From NCBI GenBank assembly GCA_965209155.1, contig OZ242383.1:1184001-1248000 (forward strand): 64,000 bases of DNA, given 5' to 3'. The notes beneath the pieces are model-generated. The model worked only from the letters and a program-made list of their open reading frames with translations, was not told the DNA's origin and searched no databases. The position numbers were made by a program, and so were the translations under genes. This document shows positions 30,891 through 42,695 of the stretch, piece after piece. Position 1 is the first letter of the stretch. Every line of letters begins with the position of its first letter. Source of the DNA: a bacterium (GTDB taxonomy: Bacteria; SAR324; NAC60-12).

Positions 30891-32075
30891 ATGGACGTGA
30901 ATTACAGTGAAGAAGATGTAAAATTTCGAAAAGAGGTGCAACATTTTTTTGCGCATGAATTGCCCGGGGAATTGAAAGAGAAACTGGAAAAGAAGTTACC
31001 GATTTATAAAGACGACCAGGTTTTATGGCAAAAGACCCTGGCTGAAAAAGGATGGGCAGGTATTAACTGGCCGGTCGAATATGGAGGAACGGGTTGGACT
31101 GTTACCCAAAAAGCTATTTTTGCTGAGGAGCAGGCCAAACATGATGCGCCGAGGTTGGTCCCATTTGGTTTGGAGTTGGTGGCGCCGGTCCTCATCGCAT
31201 TTGGCAATGAGGCGCAAAAAAAACGATTTTTGCCGGATATCCTGGAAAGCAGAGTCTGGTGGTGTCAGGGATATTCGGAACCGGGGGCGGGATCGGACCT
31301 GGCTTCCTTGAAGACTCGGGCGGTCCGTGAAGGCGATTTTTACATCGTCAATGGCCAGAAAACCTGGACGACTTATGCCCAGTATGCCGATTGGATTTTC
31401 TGTCTGGTCCGTACGGACCTCCAAGTTAAAAATCAGCAGGGAATTTCTTTTTTGCTCATCGACATGAAATCACCAGGAATCGAAGTGCGACCGATCAAAT
31501 TGATGGATGGGGGTCAGGAAGTCAACGAAGTGTATTTCGACAACGTGAAAGTCCCGGTAGAAAACCGGATTGGGGAAGAAAACAAGGGCTGGACTTATGC
31601 CAAGTATTTACTCACCCATGAAAGAACGATGCAGGGAGAAGTCGCCGTTTCGAAACGCCACTTGGAGAAAATAAAGACACTGGCGGCCAATACGGTGAAT
31701 GGCAGCGGGACCCTGATGGAAGATCCTTCATTCAAAAAAAAGGTAGCGGAAGTCGAAATCGAATTGATGGCCCTGGAATATACTTACCTGAGAATTCTTT
31801 CCCAAGTGGCCACCGGCGGAGCACCAGGAGCGGAATCCTCCATTTTGAAAATCAGGGGTACCGAAATTCAGCAGAAATTGACGGAGCTGCGCCTGGATGT
31901 GGCTGGCTATGGGGGATTCGTTTTCCGTGATCCTCTTGCAGGAAACGAAGAAGCCCTCTACAATGGCGACGATTCGGCAGCTCAGGTTTATTTTGATATG
32001 AGAAAAACCACGATTTACGCGGGTTCCACGCAAATACAAAAAGGAATCATTGCCAAAACCGTCTTGGGATTATAA
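30891..32075 (+). CDS. Acyl-CoA dehydrogenase (PimC-like large subunit)
   Basis: WCQGYSEPGAGSDLASL, NGQKTWTT, TIYAGSTQIQK. Confidence 0.9.
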   Translation: MDVNYSEEDVKFRKEVQHFFAHELPGELKEKLEKKLPIYKDDQVLWQKTLAEKGWAGINWPVEYGGTGWTVTQKAIFAEEQAKHDAPRLVPFGLELVAPVLIAFGNEAQKKRFLPDILESRVWWCQGYSEPGAGSDLASLKTRAVREGDFYIVNGQKTWTTYAQYADWIFCLVRTDLQVKNQQGISFLLIDMKSPGIEVRPIKLMDGGQEVNEVYFDNVKVPVENRIGEENKGWTYAKYLLTHERTMQGEVAVSKRHLEKIKTLAANTVNGSGTLMEDPSFKKKVAEVEIELMALEYTYLRILSQVATGGAPGAESSILKIRGTEIQQKLTELRLDVAGYGGFVFRDPLAGNEEALYNGDDSAAQVYFDMRKTTIYAGSTQIQKGIIAKTVLGL

Positions 32076-32141
32076 CAAAAGTCGATATGATGAATTCATC
32101 CTGTTTATTTTCCGCAAGCCCATAAAATTGAAGGGAATGAA

Positions 32142-33275
32142 ATGGATTTCAGCTTTACGGAAGAGCAATTTTTGCTGAAGCAAAGTGTCAGTGATTTTAT
32201 CAAAAACGAATATGACTTTGACAAACGCCGCCAAATTGTGGAATCCGAAGAAGGATTCAGTCGCAAACATTGGCAAACTTTTGCCGACCTGGATTGGAAC
32301 AGCATACCTTTTTCCGAGAAAGATGGAGGCTATGGGGGCACTGCCGTCGATATCATTGCCATCATGGAAGAATTCGGAAAAGGCATCCTGGTAGAACCTT
32401 ATTTTTCTTCCGTCATTTTTTCCGGAGCATTTTTCAGGAGAGGCGCCAGTGTGGCGCAAAAGGCTACGCATATTCCCGCCATCATTGCCGGAAGCCGGAT
32501 TTATGCGGTCGCCTTTTCTGAAATTCAAAGTCGCTATGACTTATTCGACGTCAAAACCACTGCCCACAAAGAAGGTGCCCATTACGTACTCGATGGTGAA
32601 AAAATTTTCGTGATGGGAGGACACCTGGCTGACAATTTGCTGGTCGTGGCGCGAACTGCTGGAGAACAACGGGAACAAGAAGGGATTTCGATCTTTCTTG
32701 TGGACGCCCATGCTCCTGGAATTTCAAAAACGCTCTTTCGTACCGTGGACGGATTCAAAGCGGTCGATATTCGTTTTGATCAAGTAAAAGTCAAGGCAGA
32801 AAATTTGATAGGCGAAGAAAACAAAGGGCTGACTCTTTTGGAAAATGTTGTCCATGAAGCCATGGTTGCGGTGGGTGCCGAAGCGGTGGGTGCCTTGGAA
32901 GTGCTCAACAAGAAGACGGTGGACTACAGTAAAATCCGTGTGCAATTCAATCAGCCTATAGGAAAATTTCAATCCCTGCAGATGATCATGTCTGAAATGT
33001 TCATCGAATATGTACAAGTGAAGTCCATGCTTTACATGGCAGCCATGAAGATGGATGAGGGTGGGGAGGTTGCTCAAGCCATTTCCGCTTTCAAAGTACA
33101 ATTGGGGAAAGCCATTCGCTTTATCGGACAAAACGCAATTCAGGTTCATGGGGGAATCGGCATGACCGATGAGTTGGACGTGGGACATTATTTCAAACGG
33201 GTGACCATGATCAACACTTTATTTGGTGATGACAGCTTTCACATGGACCGCTATGTTCAACTGGCTTATCCATGA
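32142..33275 (+). CDS. Acyl-CoA dehydrogenase (PimD-like small subunit)
   Basis: RVQFNQPIGKFQ, IQVHGGIGMTDE. Confidence 0.9.
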   Translation: MDFSFTEEQFLLKQSVSDFIKNEYDFDKRRQIVESEEGFSRKHWQTFADLDWNSIPFSEKDGGYGGTAVDIIAIMEEFGKGILVEPYFSSVIFSGAFFRRGASVAQKATHIPAIIAGSRIYAVAFSEIQSRYDLFDVKTTAHKEGAHYVLDGEKIFVMGGHLADNLLVVARTAGEQREQEGISIFLVDAHAPGISKTLFRTVDGFKAVDIRFDQVKVKAENLIGEENKGLTLLENVVHEAMVAVGAEAVGALEVLNKKTVDYSKIRVQFNQPIGKFQSLQMIMSEMFIEYVQVKSMLYMAAMKMDEGGEVAQAISAFKVQLGKAIRFIGQNAIQVHGGIGMTDELDVGHYFKRVTMINTLFGDDSFHMDRYVQLAYP

Positions 33276-33290
33276 AATCCGGGGAATGCC

Positions 33291-34457
33291 GTGGAATTCT
33301 CACTGACCAGCGAACAAGAAGACATCAGCCTTCATGTCGCAGAAACATGCGCCCGTTTTGACGACGAATATTGGCTGGAGAGAGACACGAAGGGAGATTT
33401 TCCCGAGGAATTTCACCAAGCCATGGCTCAAGGGGGATGGCTGGGGATTACGATGCCTGAAGAATTTGGTGGCTCCAACCTGGGAGTTACCGAAGCAGCC
33501 TTGATGATGCACCAAGTGGCCCGTAGTTCCGGAGCAATGAGCGCGGCTTCTGCCATACATATCAATCTTTTTGGTCCTCACCCCATTCTGGTTTTTGGTA
33601 GTGATTCACAAAAGCAAAAGTGGCTCCCCGATTTGATCCACGGAAAAGTGAAAGTGTGTTTTGCAGTGACCGAACCCAATGTGGGACTGGAAACCACTGC
33701 AATTGAAACACGTGCGATTAAAACAGGAAACCATTACCGCGTGAGGGGATCGAAAATATGGACAACCACGGCTCAGGAAGCGAATAAAATCATGCTGCTC
33801 GCCCGTACCACCCCTCGAGAGACGGGCTCCCGACGGGTTGAAGGTCTCAGCTTATTTTATACGGATCTCGACCGCGACTATATCGAGGTCCGTCGAATTG
33901 ATAAAATGGGACGAAAGGCGGTGGATTCCAATGAACTGTTCATCGAGGACTTGCCCATACCTGCTGGTGATTTGATTGGTGAAGAGGGAAAAGGCTTCCA
34001 ATACATTTTACACAGCTTGAATCCTGAAAGAATTCTCGTAGGCATTGAAGCAGTGGGAATCGGACAAAATGCCCTGTCCCGAGCAGCAGACTATGCTTCA
34101 AAGCGAGTTGTATTTGGACGCCCAATTGGTCAGAATCAAGCCATTCAGCATCCCCTGGCAGAATCCTGGATAGAGCTCGAAGCCGCCTATTTGATGGCCA
34201 TGCAAGCAGCGAGTTTATACGATAGTGGGCAACCTTGTGGTTTACAAGCCAATGCGAGCAAGTACCTGGGTGCGGAAGCAGGTTTCAAAGCCTGTACGCA
34301 AGCGGTGATGACCCATGGAGGAATGGGATACGCGAAGGAATTTCACGTTGAACGATTGATGCGGGAAATCATGATCTGTCGAATTGCGCCAATCAGTCCG
34401 CAGTTGATCCTTTGTTATATTGCCGAAAAAGCACTGGGACTGCCTAAATCCTATTGA
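33291..34457 (+). CDS. Acyl-CoA dehydrogenase
   Basis: FAVTEPNVG, VFGRPIGQNQAIQHPLA, HGGMGYAKE. Confidence 0.9.
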   Translation: MEFSLTSEQEDISLHVAETCARFDDEYWLERDTKGDFPEEFHQAMAQGGWLGITMPEEFGGSNLGVTEAALMMHQVARSSGAMSAASAIHINLFGPHPILVFGSDSQKQKWLPDLIHGKVKVCFAVTEPNVGLETTAIETRAIKTGNHYRVRGSKIWTTTAQEANKIMLLARTTPRETGSRRVEGLSLFYTDLDRDYIEVRRIDKMGRKAVDSNELFIEDLPIPAGDLIGEEGKGFQYILHSLNPERILVGIEAVGIGQNALSRAADYASKRVVFGRPIGQNQAIQHPLAESWIELEAAYLMAMQAASLYDSGQPCGLQANASKYLGAEAGFKACTQAVMTHGGMGYAKEFHVERLMREIMICRIAPISPQLILCYIAEKALGLPKSY

Positions 34458-34819
34458 CCGGCACCTCGTTAAACCATTCAATGCCCTCTAAATCCCCAAA
34501 ATCTACTCGTCTTTACCAACGGATCTATGCCGTGGTCCGTCAAATCCCATATGGACGGGTCACCACTTACGGGCAGGTTGCCGGCATAGTGGGAGGTTGC
34601 ACGGCACGGGTGGTGGGATATGCCATGTCCGCCACTCCTTGGGGATCCGACATACCCTGGCAGCGAGTTATCAACCGCGAAGGTAAAATCAGCCCTCGGA
34701 GCAGCGGCCACGGAAGCCTCCTGCAACGGGAATTACTGGAAGAAGAAGGAGTCCGTTTCGACCGCCACCAATGCATCGATTTTGCGCAATTCGGCTGGCA
34801 AGGACCAGAGGGATCTTGA
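34454..34819 (+). CDS. MGMT-family alkyltransferase-like (ATL) protein
   Basis: IPYGRVTTYGQVA, ARVVG, PWQRV with Trp replacing the catalytic Cys. Confidence 0.85.
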   Translation: MTGTSLNHSMPSKSPKSTRLYQRIYAVVRQIPYGRVTTYGQVAGIVGGCTARVVGYAMSATPWGSDIPWQRVINREGKISPRSSGHGSLLQRELLEEEGVRFDRHQCIDFAQFGWQGPEGS

Positions 34820-34887
34820 GTTTTATGTTGGATTTACCTTACCTGAAGCCATCTTGCTGAAATTGTCTTTTCAGGTGCGCTCTTAAC

Positions 34888-36129
34888 CTAAAAATCCAGT
34901 GCGAATTGGGGTTGTGGCAAACGAAGCGCGCGGTCAAGATCTCGCAACAATTCACCATCAGCGTCGAGGTCATCCGTCAGGGCTAAAACCGATGCGCTTC
35001 TCACCCCGAACCACAAACGACTGAAAGCGCCTATGGACGCTTTGAGAGTTGGCAAAGCACGAGAATAGCCGGGCTCAGCGGCGGATTGCGCACCCAAGGT
35101 TACAATGTAATCGCCAGAAACGCCACGCCAGCTGTGATCTGCGTTCAAGTACTCGGAAATCGGGTCGGAAAGCCTGAGATTAAAGGATATTGAATCCGCG
35201 TCCAGTCTTGTTTTTGTGAGGCATTTTGGCAAATCGAGGATCCTCAGTTGCCTCCAGGAGTTAGCAATGTGCCAGCAGGCGTGGCGCGACCCCCGGGTTT
35301 TGTTTCGATCGCGGAAGGGTTGTTTGAGAAGGTCCTGGAATTGAATTTCCGGTGGTTCTTCCATTTGAATCGACAAAACCTGGTCTCCCAATGATTTGAT
35401 CAAGGCGAGTAACTCGAAGAGTTGATCCGTGCTTTGATACGAGTAGTAACTGATCTGATAAGGACCATTTTCCCCTTTAGTTTCTCCCATGATAAAGTGT
35501 GACAACGAACTACCTGGACCATCAAAATATCCTAGGCAGATCAGCTTTGATTCCGAACCGAATGCAGACTGGATAAATTCGGGAAGATCGAGTACGCAAT
35601 TGCCATGCGTTCGTAAGCGATTGCACAGCGCTTGGTGCAGGGCTTGCCCGTCACCTCTGGTCAATCGTTTGGGCGGTCGAAAGGAAGGACTGACTTGTAG
35701 CGATGCCGGATCGAACTTAATGACGTTGGTGTAGGCGCTCGTACCGAATCCGAGGAGATTGTAGAATCCTTGTTCGAACATGCCAAGAGTGGCGATCTCA
35801 CTGCCTGCCGCGGCATGGTAAGCAAGCGCGTGGGCAGTCAGCTGCTTCGCGGCTCCGAGTTTGCGAGCGATGCGGCCGGTTGCCACTCCAGTGACCGCGG
35901 TCATTTCAATATTCGAGTCAAGGTACCTTATGTTACCAGGAGATGTGAAGACTACGCATTCCACTTCCCCATTTACGGGAAACACGACGCCATCCATTGC
36001 GCGTGCCAGCGCTTCGAATGCGTTGGCTTGCTCTTCGTCTTCGAACCAACCTATCTCGAAGTAGATGCGTTTGACTGCTTCAAAATCCCGGTTGTGGTCG
36101 TAATCGAGGATTTTATTGATCATGGTCAA
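34888..36129 (-). CDS. Eis-like GNAT acetyltransferase
   Basis: TGVAT..ARKLGAA, FYNLLGF; 413 aa. Confidence 0.65.
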   Translation of the reverse strand: MTMINKILDYDHNRDFEAVKRIYFEIGWFEDEEQANAFEALARAMDGVVFPVNGEVECVVFTSPGNIRYLDSNIEMTAVTGVATGRIARKLGAAKQLTAHALAYHAAAGSEIATLGMFEQGFYNLLGFGTSAYTNVIKFDPASLQVSPSFRPPKRLTRGDGQALHQALCNRLRTHGNCVLDLPEFIQSAFGSESKLICLGYFDGPGSSLSHFIMGETKGENGPYQISYYSYQSTDQLFELLALIKSLGDQVLSIQMEEPPEIQFQDLLKQPFRDRNKTRGSRHACWHIANSWRQLRILDLPKCLTKTRLDADSISFNLRLSDPISEYLNADHSWRGVSGDYIVTLGAQSAAEPGYSRALPTLKASIGAFSRLWFGVRSASVLALTDDLDADGELLRDLDRALRLPQPQFALDF

Positions 36130-36135
36130 TTCAAT

Positions 36136-37200
<1,065 letters not shown>

Positions 37201-37427
37201 TCAGTAGTTGAAATTTAATTTATAAAATCAATAATTTAATAATTATGATGTGTCATCCCGGTCCCGGATCATCCTGGATTCCTGGTCAAGCCAGGAATGA
37301 CACGTTTTTTAATTTCAGTAGGTGAAATTTAATTTTAAAATCAATAATTTAATAATTATGATGTGTCATCCCGGTCCCGGATCATCCTGGATTCCTGGTC
37401 AAGCCAGGAATGACACGTTTTTTAAAT
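37201..37427. repeat. Tandem ~114-bp duplication, each copy containing a REP-like palindrome
   Basis: GTCATCCCGG..TGGATTCCTGGTCAAGCCAGGAATGAC occurs twice. Confidence 0.9.
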
Positions 37428-37441
37428 CCTGATTCACGTTA

Positions 37442-38140
37442 TTATATGAAACTCCCGCGGTCCGCCATTCCCAGTTGAGCTTCCCGGAACAAGGATTGAA
37501 TATTTTTCTCATATTCCGCAACAGTGCAGGCATTTCCAAAGACTGCGCTGCCGGCTACGAGATTGGTAGCGCCCGCTGCAACCACTTTTCGAATGGTGCC
37601 CCGATTCACGCCTCCATCGACTTGTATCGGGATGGGAAGGTCTTGCGATTCAAGCTCATCCGATAAAAGTTCGATTTTATCATAAATAGCGGGTATGAAT
37701 CGCTGCCCTCCCCAGCCAGGGTTAACGGACATCAGCAAAATCATATCCAAATCATGATAGACCCAATCCAGTACTTCAAAAGGTGTTGCTGGATTTAAAG
37801 CCACTGCGGCTTTGATTCCATGGCTTTTGATTTGCTGAATGACACGGTGCAGGTGCGTCACTGCTTCTGCGTGAATCGTGATGGAATCCGCCCCTGCTTT
37901 GACAAAACCTTCTATCTGGCATTCTGGACGGTTTACCATCAAATGCACGTCAAAAAATACTCCCCGCGGTTTTTTGAAAGACTGGAGTACTACCGAACCG
38001 AAAGTGAGTGGTGGCACGAAATTACCGTCCATCACGTCGATGTGAACCCAGGAACATCCTGCTTGCTGAACACGCTGAATTTCTGCAGATATCTCACCCA
38101 AATTGGATGATAAAAGAGATGGGGCTATCGTCAGGTTCAT
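37442..38140 (-). CDS. rpe: Ribulose-phosphate 3-epimerase
   Basis: HIDVMDGNFVP, MSVNPGWGGQ, VDGG. Confidence 0.97.
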   Translation of the reverse strand: MNLTIAPSLLSSNLGEISAEIQRVQQAGCSWVHIDVMDGNFVPPLTFGSVVLQSFKKPRGVFFDVHLMVNRPECQIEGFVKAGADSITIHAEAVTHLHRVIQQIKSHGIKAAVALNPATPFEVLDWVYHDLDMILLMSVNPGWGGQRFIPAIYDKIELLSDELESQDLPIPIQVDGGVNRGTIRKVVAAGATNLVAGSAVFGNACTVAEYEKNIQSLFREAQLGMADRGSFI

Positions 38141-38160
38141 GGATGCTTCGTTTCCGCAGA

Positions 38161-38850
38161 TCAGGGTTTTCTTTCAATGATTTTCGTCCTTTGTCCGCTT
38201 CCCACAATACATCGTGCCGTCATACCGACAAACAATCCATTGATCACCACGCCCGGAATCGAATTCAAGGTTGCTTCCAACGAGCATGGGTCTGCAATTT
38301 CATTGAAATGACAGTCGAGAATATAGTTTTGGTTTTCAGAAAAAAAAACCTTCTCCGCATTTTTTCGTATAACGATTTCAGCGCCGAGATCCTCGATTCG
38401 TCTGGCGACCGTTTGCCAACCGAAGGGAGTCACTTCGACTGGGAGAGGGTATTTACCGAGCATGGCGACATATTTTGAAGAATCGACGATGATAATCAAT
38501 TCCCTGGAAATCGAAGCAACGATTTTCTCTCGGAGAAGCGCACCACCCCCTCCTTTCAGCAATTGCAATTGGGGGTCTACTTCATCTGCGCCATCAATGG
38601 TGAGATCCAACTGAACAGTTGCTGTGAAATCTACCAGGGGAATTTGCTCATTTTCCGCCAGCAACCGGGTTTGCTCTGAAGTGGGAATGGCTTGAATAGA
38701 AAGCCCCTCTCGCGCCTTCTGTCCCAAAGCGCGAATGGCGTAGTTAGTGGTCGACCCGGTTCCCAGTCCCACCAGCATCCCGGATTTTACGAATGCCGCC
38801 GCCGCTTCTCCCGCAAGCCGCTTTTCCCGCTCCACATTATATTGAGGCAT
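38161..38850 (-). CDS. rpiA: Ribose-5-phosphate isomerase A
   Basis: GLGTGST, DGADE, KGGGGALLREK. Confidence 0.97.
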   Translation of the reverse strand: MPQYNVEREKRLAGEAAAAFVKSGMLVGLGTGSTTNYAIRALGQKAREGLSIQAIPTSEQTRLLAENEQIPLVDFTATVQLDLTIDGADEVDPQLQLLKGGGGALLREKIVASISRELIIIVDSSKYVAMLGKYPLPVEVTPFGWQTVARRIEDLGAEIVIRKNAEKVFFSENQNYILDCHFNEIADPCSLEATLNSIPGVVINGLFVGMTARCIVGSGQRTKIIERKP

Positions 38851-38875
38851 CCCGTGTTTCCTCGATGCGTCGTGC

Positions 38876-40915
38876 TTAAGTCAGTGGGTATAAATAATTT
38901 GAAATATTTCGGATCAAATGTTCTGCAGTGAAACCAAATTTTTCCGCAATCACTTCTCCGGGCGCAGAATGTCCGTAACTCTCTTGTCCAATCACATGGT
39001 CCGCGTATTGGTACCATGGCCCGGAGACACCCGCTTCTACAATTATTTTTTTTGATGCCGGAGGGAGTAAGTATTTCTGGTATTCTTTACTTTGTCCTTT
39101 GAATAATTCAAGGCAGGGCATGGAAACATGGCGTACAGGAATTCCCTTATTTACTAAATGGGTCCGCACGTCTTGCACGGGCCCTCCTTCAGAGCCGGTC
39201 GAAATCAAAATGACTTGAGGTTTTGCGTTGACAGCTTCCTGGACAATGTAGCCCCCTTTCCAGATCTCTTTGGGATTGAAACCAGGAGGGCGTTCCAGGT
39301 TGCGCACGCCTTGGCGGGTCAAGAGCAAAGCCGAAGGGTGATTTCCATCAGGACGTTGCAATGCATGAGCCCAGGCAGCAGCAGTTTCCACCGCGTCAGC
39401 CGGACGCCAAACACGGAGGTTGGGAATAACGCGCAAAGCCCATGCGTGTTCGATTGGTTGATGGGTGGGGCCATCTTCTCCAACCCAAAATGAATCGTGA
39501 GTGTAGACAAAAATTGTAGGCAGTCCGGAAATGGCAGCCAGTCGTACACTGGGACGCATGTAGTCTGAAAAAACCACGAACGTTGCGCAAAAAGGATGCC
39601 AAAAACCTGAAAGATACAACCCATTGCTCACGGAGCCCATGCCATGCTCTCGGATGCCGAAGTGGACGTTTCGTCCCGAAAAAGAAGGATCCGGCATATG
39701 CCTGGATTTCAGCGAGGCGGGAGTGATGCTGTTTTCCGCCTTGATCAGAGTGAGGGTGCTGGGTTCCAAATCCCCGGAACCTCCCGTCATCTGGGGAATC
39801 ATTCGCGCTGCTTCCTGAATGACGTCTTGGGAAAGTTTGCGTGTGGGACCTTCCACGCCTTCAACCGCGGCAATCAGCTTTTCCAAGAGATTTCCTGGTG
39901 TTTGCTTTTCGGTATGAGACCGCCATTGCTCCGCCAAATCCTGATGATTCCTCTTCCACTGTTTGTGCTGTTCCTGCCATTGTTGATAGAGATGGCGGGT
40001 TTCATCAGCCCGTTGAGCAAAAACCAATCGCACCTCCTCTGGAATATAAAATAACGGTTCCAGTGGCCATCCCAAGACTTCTTTGGCCCTTTGTACTTCC
40101 TCTATTCCGAGCGGACTGCCATGAGTTGCTGCCGTTCCTGCCATGGTGGGAGCGCCTTTGCCAATGATGGTTTGTGCGACGATCAAAGAAGGATGCTGAC
40201 ATTGATCTTTGGCGTTTCGCAGACATGTTTCCAGTTCTTCGTGATCGTGACCATCACAATATTGCACGTACCACCCGTAGGCCTCAAAGCGCTTTCCCAC
40301 GTCTTCGCTCATGGAAAGGTCGATCTTCCCTCCAATAGTAATTCGATTTTGATCGTAAATGGCAATCACGTTGTTCAGCTTCAAATGACCTGCAAGGGAG
40401 GCGGATTCCGCGCAGACGCCTTCCTGCATGTCTCCGTCCGAACACAAAATATAAACACAGGCATCCACCACGGCATGCTCAGCAGAATTGAAACGAGAAG
40501 CTGCCATCTTCAATCCCAAGGCAATTCCCACAGCATTTCCAAATCCCGCACCAAGCGGACCCGTGGTACATTCGACTCCGGGTGTCAATCCATATTCCGG
40601 GTGACCGGGCGTGCGACTCGACCACTGACGGAATTGTTTTAATTCTTCCAGGGGAAGATCATATCCGGTAAGATGCAACATTGCGTATAGCAACATCGAG
40701 GCATGCCCTGCGGAAAGCACAACCCGGTCTCGATTCGGCCAATTCGGATCTTGCGGGTTGTAACGTAAAAATTTATTCCACAACACAAAGGCAATATCCG
40801 CCAATCCCATCGGTGCGCCAGGATGGCCGGAATTGGCCTTCTGCACCGCATCGGCTGCAAGAAAACGGATAGTGTTGACGCATAGTTCTCTTAGTTCTGG
40901 TGTCATTTTGACCAT
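38876..40915 (-). CDS. tkt: Transketolase
   Basis: SGHPGAPMG, TTGPLG, GEDGPTHQP. Confidence 0.97.
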   Translation of the reverse strand: MVKMTPELRELCVNTIRFLAADAVQKANSGHPGAPMGLADIAFVLWNKFLRYNPQDPNWPNRDRVVLSAGHASMLLYAMLHLTGYDLPLEELKQFRQWSSRTPGHPEYGLTPGVECTTGPLGAGFGNAVGIALGLKMAASRFNSAEHAVVDACVYILCSDGDMQEGVCAESASLAGHLKLNNVIAIYDQNRITIGGKIDLSMSEDVGKRFEAYGWYVQYCDGHDHEELETCLRNAKDQCQHPSLIVAQTIIGKGAPTMAGTAATHGSPLGIEEVQRAKEVLGWPLEPLFYIPEEVRLVFAQRADETRHLYQQWQEQHKQWKRNHQDLAEQWRSHTEKQTPGNLLEKLIAAVEGVEGPTRKLSQDVIQEAARMIPQMTGGSGDLEPSTLTLIKAENSITPASLKSRHMPDPSFSGRNVHFGIREHGMGSVSNGLYLSGFWHPFCATFVVFSDYMRPSVRLAAISGLPTIFVYTHDSFWVGEDGPTHQPIEHAWALRVIPNLRVWRPADAVETAAAWAHALQRPDGNHPSALLLTRQGVRNLERPPGFNPKEIWKGGYIVQEAVNAKPQVILISTGSEGGPVQDVRTHLVNKGIPVRHVSMPCLELFKGQSKEYQKYLLPPASKKIIVEAGVSGPWYQYADHVIGQESYGHSAPGEVIAEKFGFTAEHLIRNISNYLYPLT

Positions 40916-41096
40916 TCGATGATTGATTTTTCGTTCGCAAATTTATTACCAAAGATTCGAAATTTCAAGTTTTATCCGGTATCTTGAGCATGAAATAATG
41001 AAACTTGCGCAGAAAAAACTCCGCTCTCCCTCAATAATCATCCTTTCGATATTTGAAATCGGGAAACAATGATGAATAGTTCTTTAATGAGCGATG

Positions 41097-42611
41097 TCAA
41101 TGACTTGCCATGTGATGGCCGATGACGGAAAAATCGATGGCATCCGCCATATTTTGATAAACGAGCTTTCCGTTGCGCATCACCAGAATCCGGTCAGAGA
41201 GTTCCAGAATTTCATCTAAATCTTCACTGATCAGCAAGACCGCGGCTCCTTGATTGCGAACCTCCATGATGAGAGCGCGGATTTCATCCGTTATCAAAAT
41301 ATCCAACCCGGAACAAGGGTTGGCCACGATAAGGATCTCGACTCCTCCTGAAAGTTCTCGCGCCAATACCGTACGTTGGATGTTGCCACCTGAAAGATTC
41401 AATAAAGGCGTATCCGGAGAAGAAGTTTGGATACGAAAGCGTTCGATCAGGGAGCGGGCGGTTTGCCGCATCATTGAGTTATTCAAGAACCAACCGGCAA
41501 TAACGCACGGGGGGCAATCAAAATCTCGAAATAGCAAATTCTCGCCAACGCTCATATGTCCGGCACAGGCATTTCGTAAGGGTTCTTCGGGCAATACATG
41601 AAGCTTGTGTTGCAAAATTTCCCGGTGGCTGCCATTATAAAGTGATCCATGTATTTTAATTGTGCCGTCAAGAAAGGGGCGTTGTCCGGCCAATGCTTCA
41701 AGAAATTCTTTTTGTCCATTTCCCGAAATACCGGCAATGCCAACAATTTCTCCCGCCTTGATCGTTATGCTTAAATCGTCAACTGCAATTGCGTCGCGAT
41801 CGTCTGCCACTTTCATCTTTTCGATCTGCAACTTTGGGATCGGATTTGAGAATGATCGCCGATTTTGGTCGCTTCTCGGCGTCCTGGAACCTATCATCAT
41901 TTCGGCCATTTGATGAGTTGTCAGATCAGAAACCCTGCTACTCCCAATCGTCTTGCCCTGACGTAGGACGGTCACCGTATCCGAGTAATTAACGACTTCA
42001 CGTAACTTGTGAGAGATCATCAAAATGCTGAGTGACATTTCCTTTGTCATCTGGCGAAGCAATCTCAGAATTTCGTCCGCTTCCCGCGGAGTGAGCACGG
42101 AGGTAGGCTCGTCAAGAATCAAAATCATGCTTTTCAGGTAAAGCTGCTTGAGAATTTCCAACTTTTGCTTTTGCCCTGCCGACAACATTTCGACACGGCT
42201 CTCCAAAGGCACATGAAAAGGCATGGCCTCCATAAACCATTCCAATTCTCTTTTTTCAGCTCGCCAGTCCAGGACGGATGGGATCTGCGGTCGGGCTATC
42301 ACCAGGTTTTCGATAACCGTCATATTGGGAATCAGGGTGAAATTTTGATAAACCATGCCAATTCCCACTTGATGAGCAGTACGTGGAGTATCAATCGTTA
42401 TTAGTTGATTATTGATCAGGATTTCGCCTTCATCCGGATGGTAGTAACCCATCACGCATTTGACCATCGTGCTTTTCCCGGCACCATTCTCTCCCAGCAG
42501 GGTGTGGATTTCGCCGGGTATCAGACGTAGAGAGGCCCGATCCAATGCCAGGAAATGGCCAAAACGCTTGGTCATGTTTTTGATTTCTAAACGGGGTGAA
42601 GGTTCGTCCAT
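41097..42611 (-). CDS. ABC transporter ATPase with two domains (CUT2/nucleoside type)
   Basis: GENGAGKST, LSGGNIQ. Confidence 0.9.
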   Translation of the reverse strand: MDEPSPRLEIKNMTKRFGHFLALDRASLRLIPGEIHTLLGENGAGKSTMVKCVMGYYHPDEGEILINNQLITIDTPRTAHQVGIGMVYQNFTLIPNMTVIENLVIARPQIPSVLDWRAEKRELEWFMEAMPFHVPLESRVEMLSAGQKQKLEILKQLYLKSMILILDEPTSVLTPREADEILRLLRQMTKEMSLSILMISHKLREVVNYSDTVTVLRQGKTIGSSRVSDLTTHQMAEMMIGSRTPRSDQNRRSFSNPIPKLQIEKMKVADDRDAIAVDDLSITIKAGEIVGIAGISGNGQKEFLEALAGQRPFLDGTIKIHGSLYNGSHREILQHKLHVLPEEPLRNACAGHMSVGENLLFRDFDCPPCVIAGWFLNNSMMRQTARSLIERFRIQTSSPDTPLLNLSGGNIQRTVLARELSGGVEILIVANPCSGLDILITDEIRALIMEVRNQGAAVLLISEDLDEILELSDRILVMRNGKLVYQNMADAIDFSVIGHHMASH

Positions 42612-42695
42612 ATTGCGGAATTTTCAATTTTTGAGGCAAGACAATGTCCCAAAAAACGTAAGATATTATTTTCGATTTATAAAAAATTGATTGTC

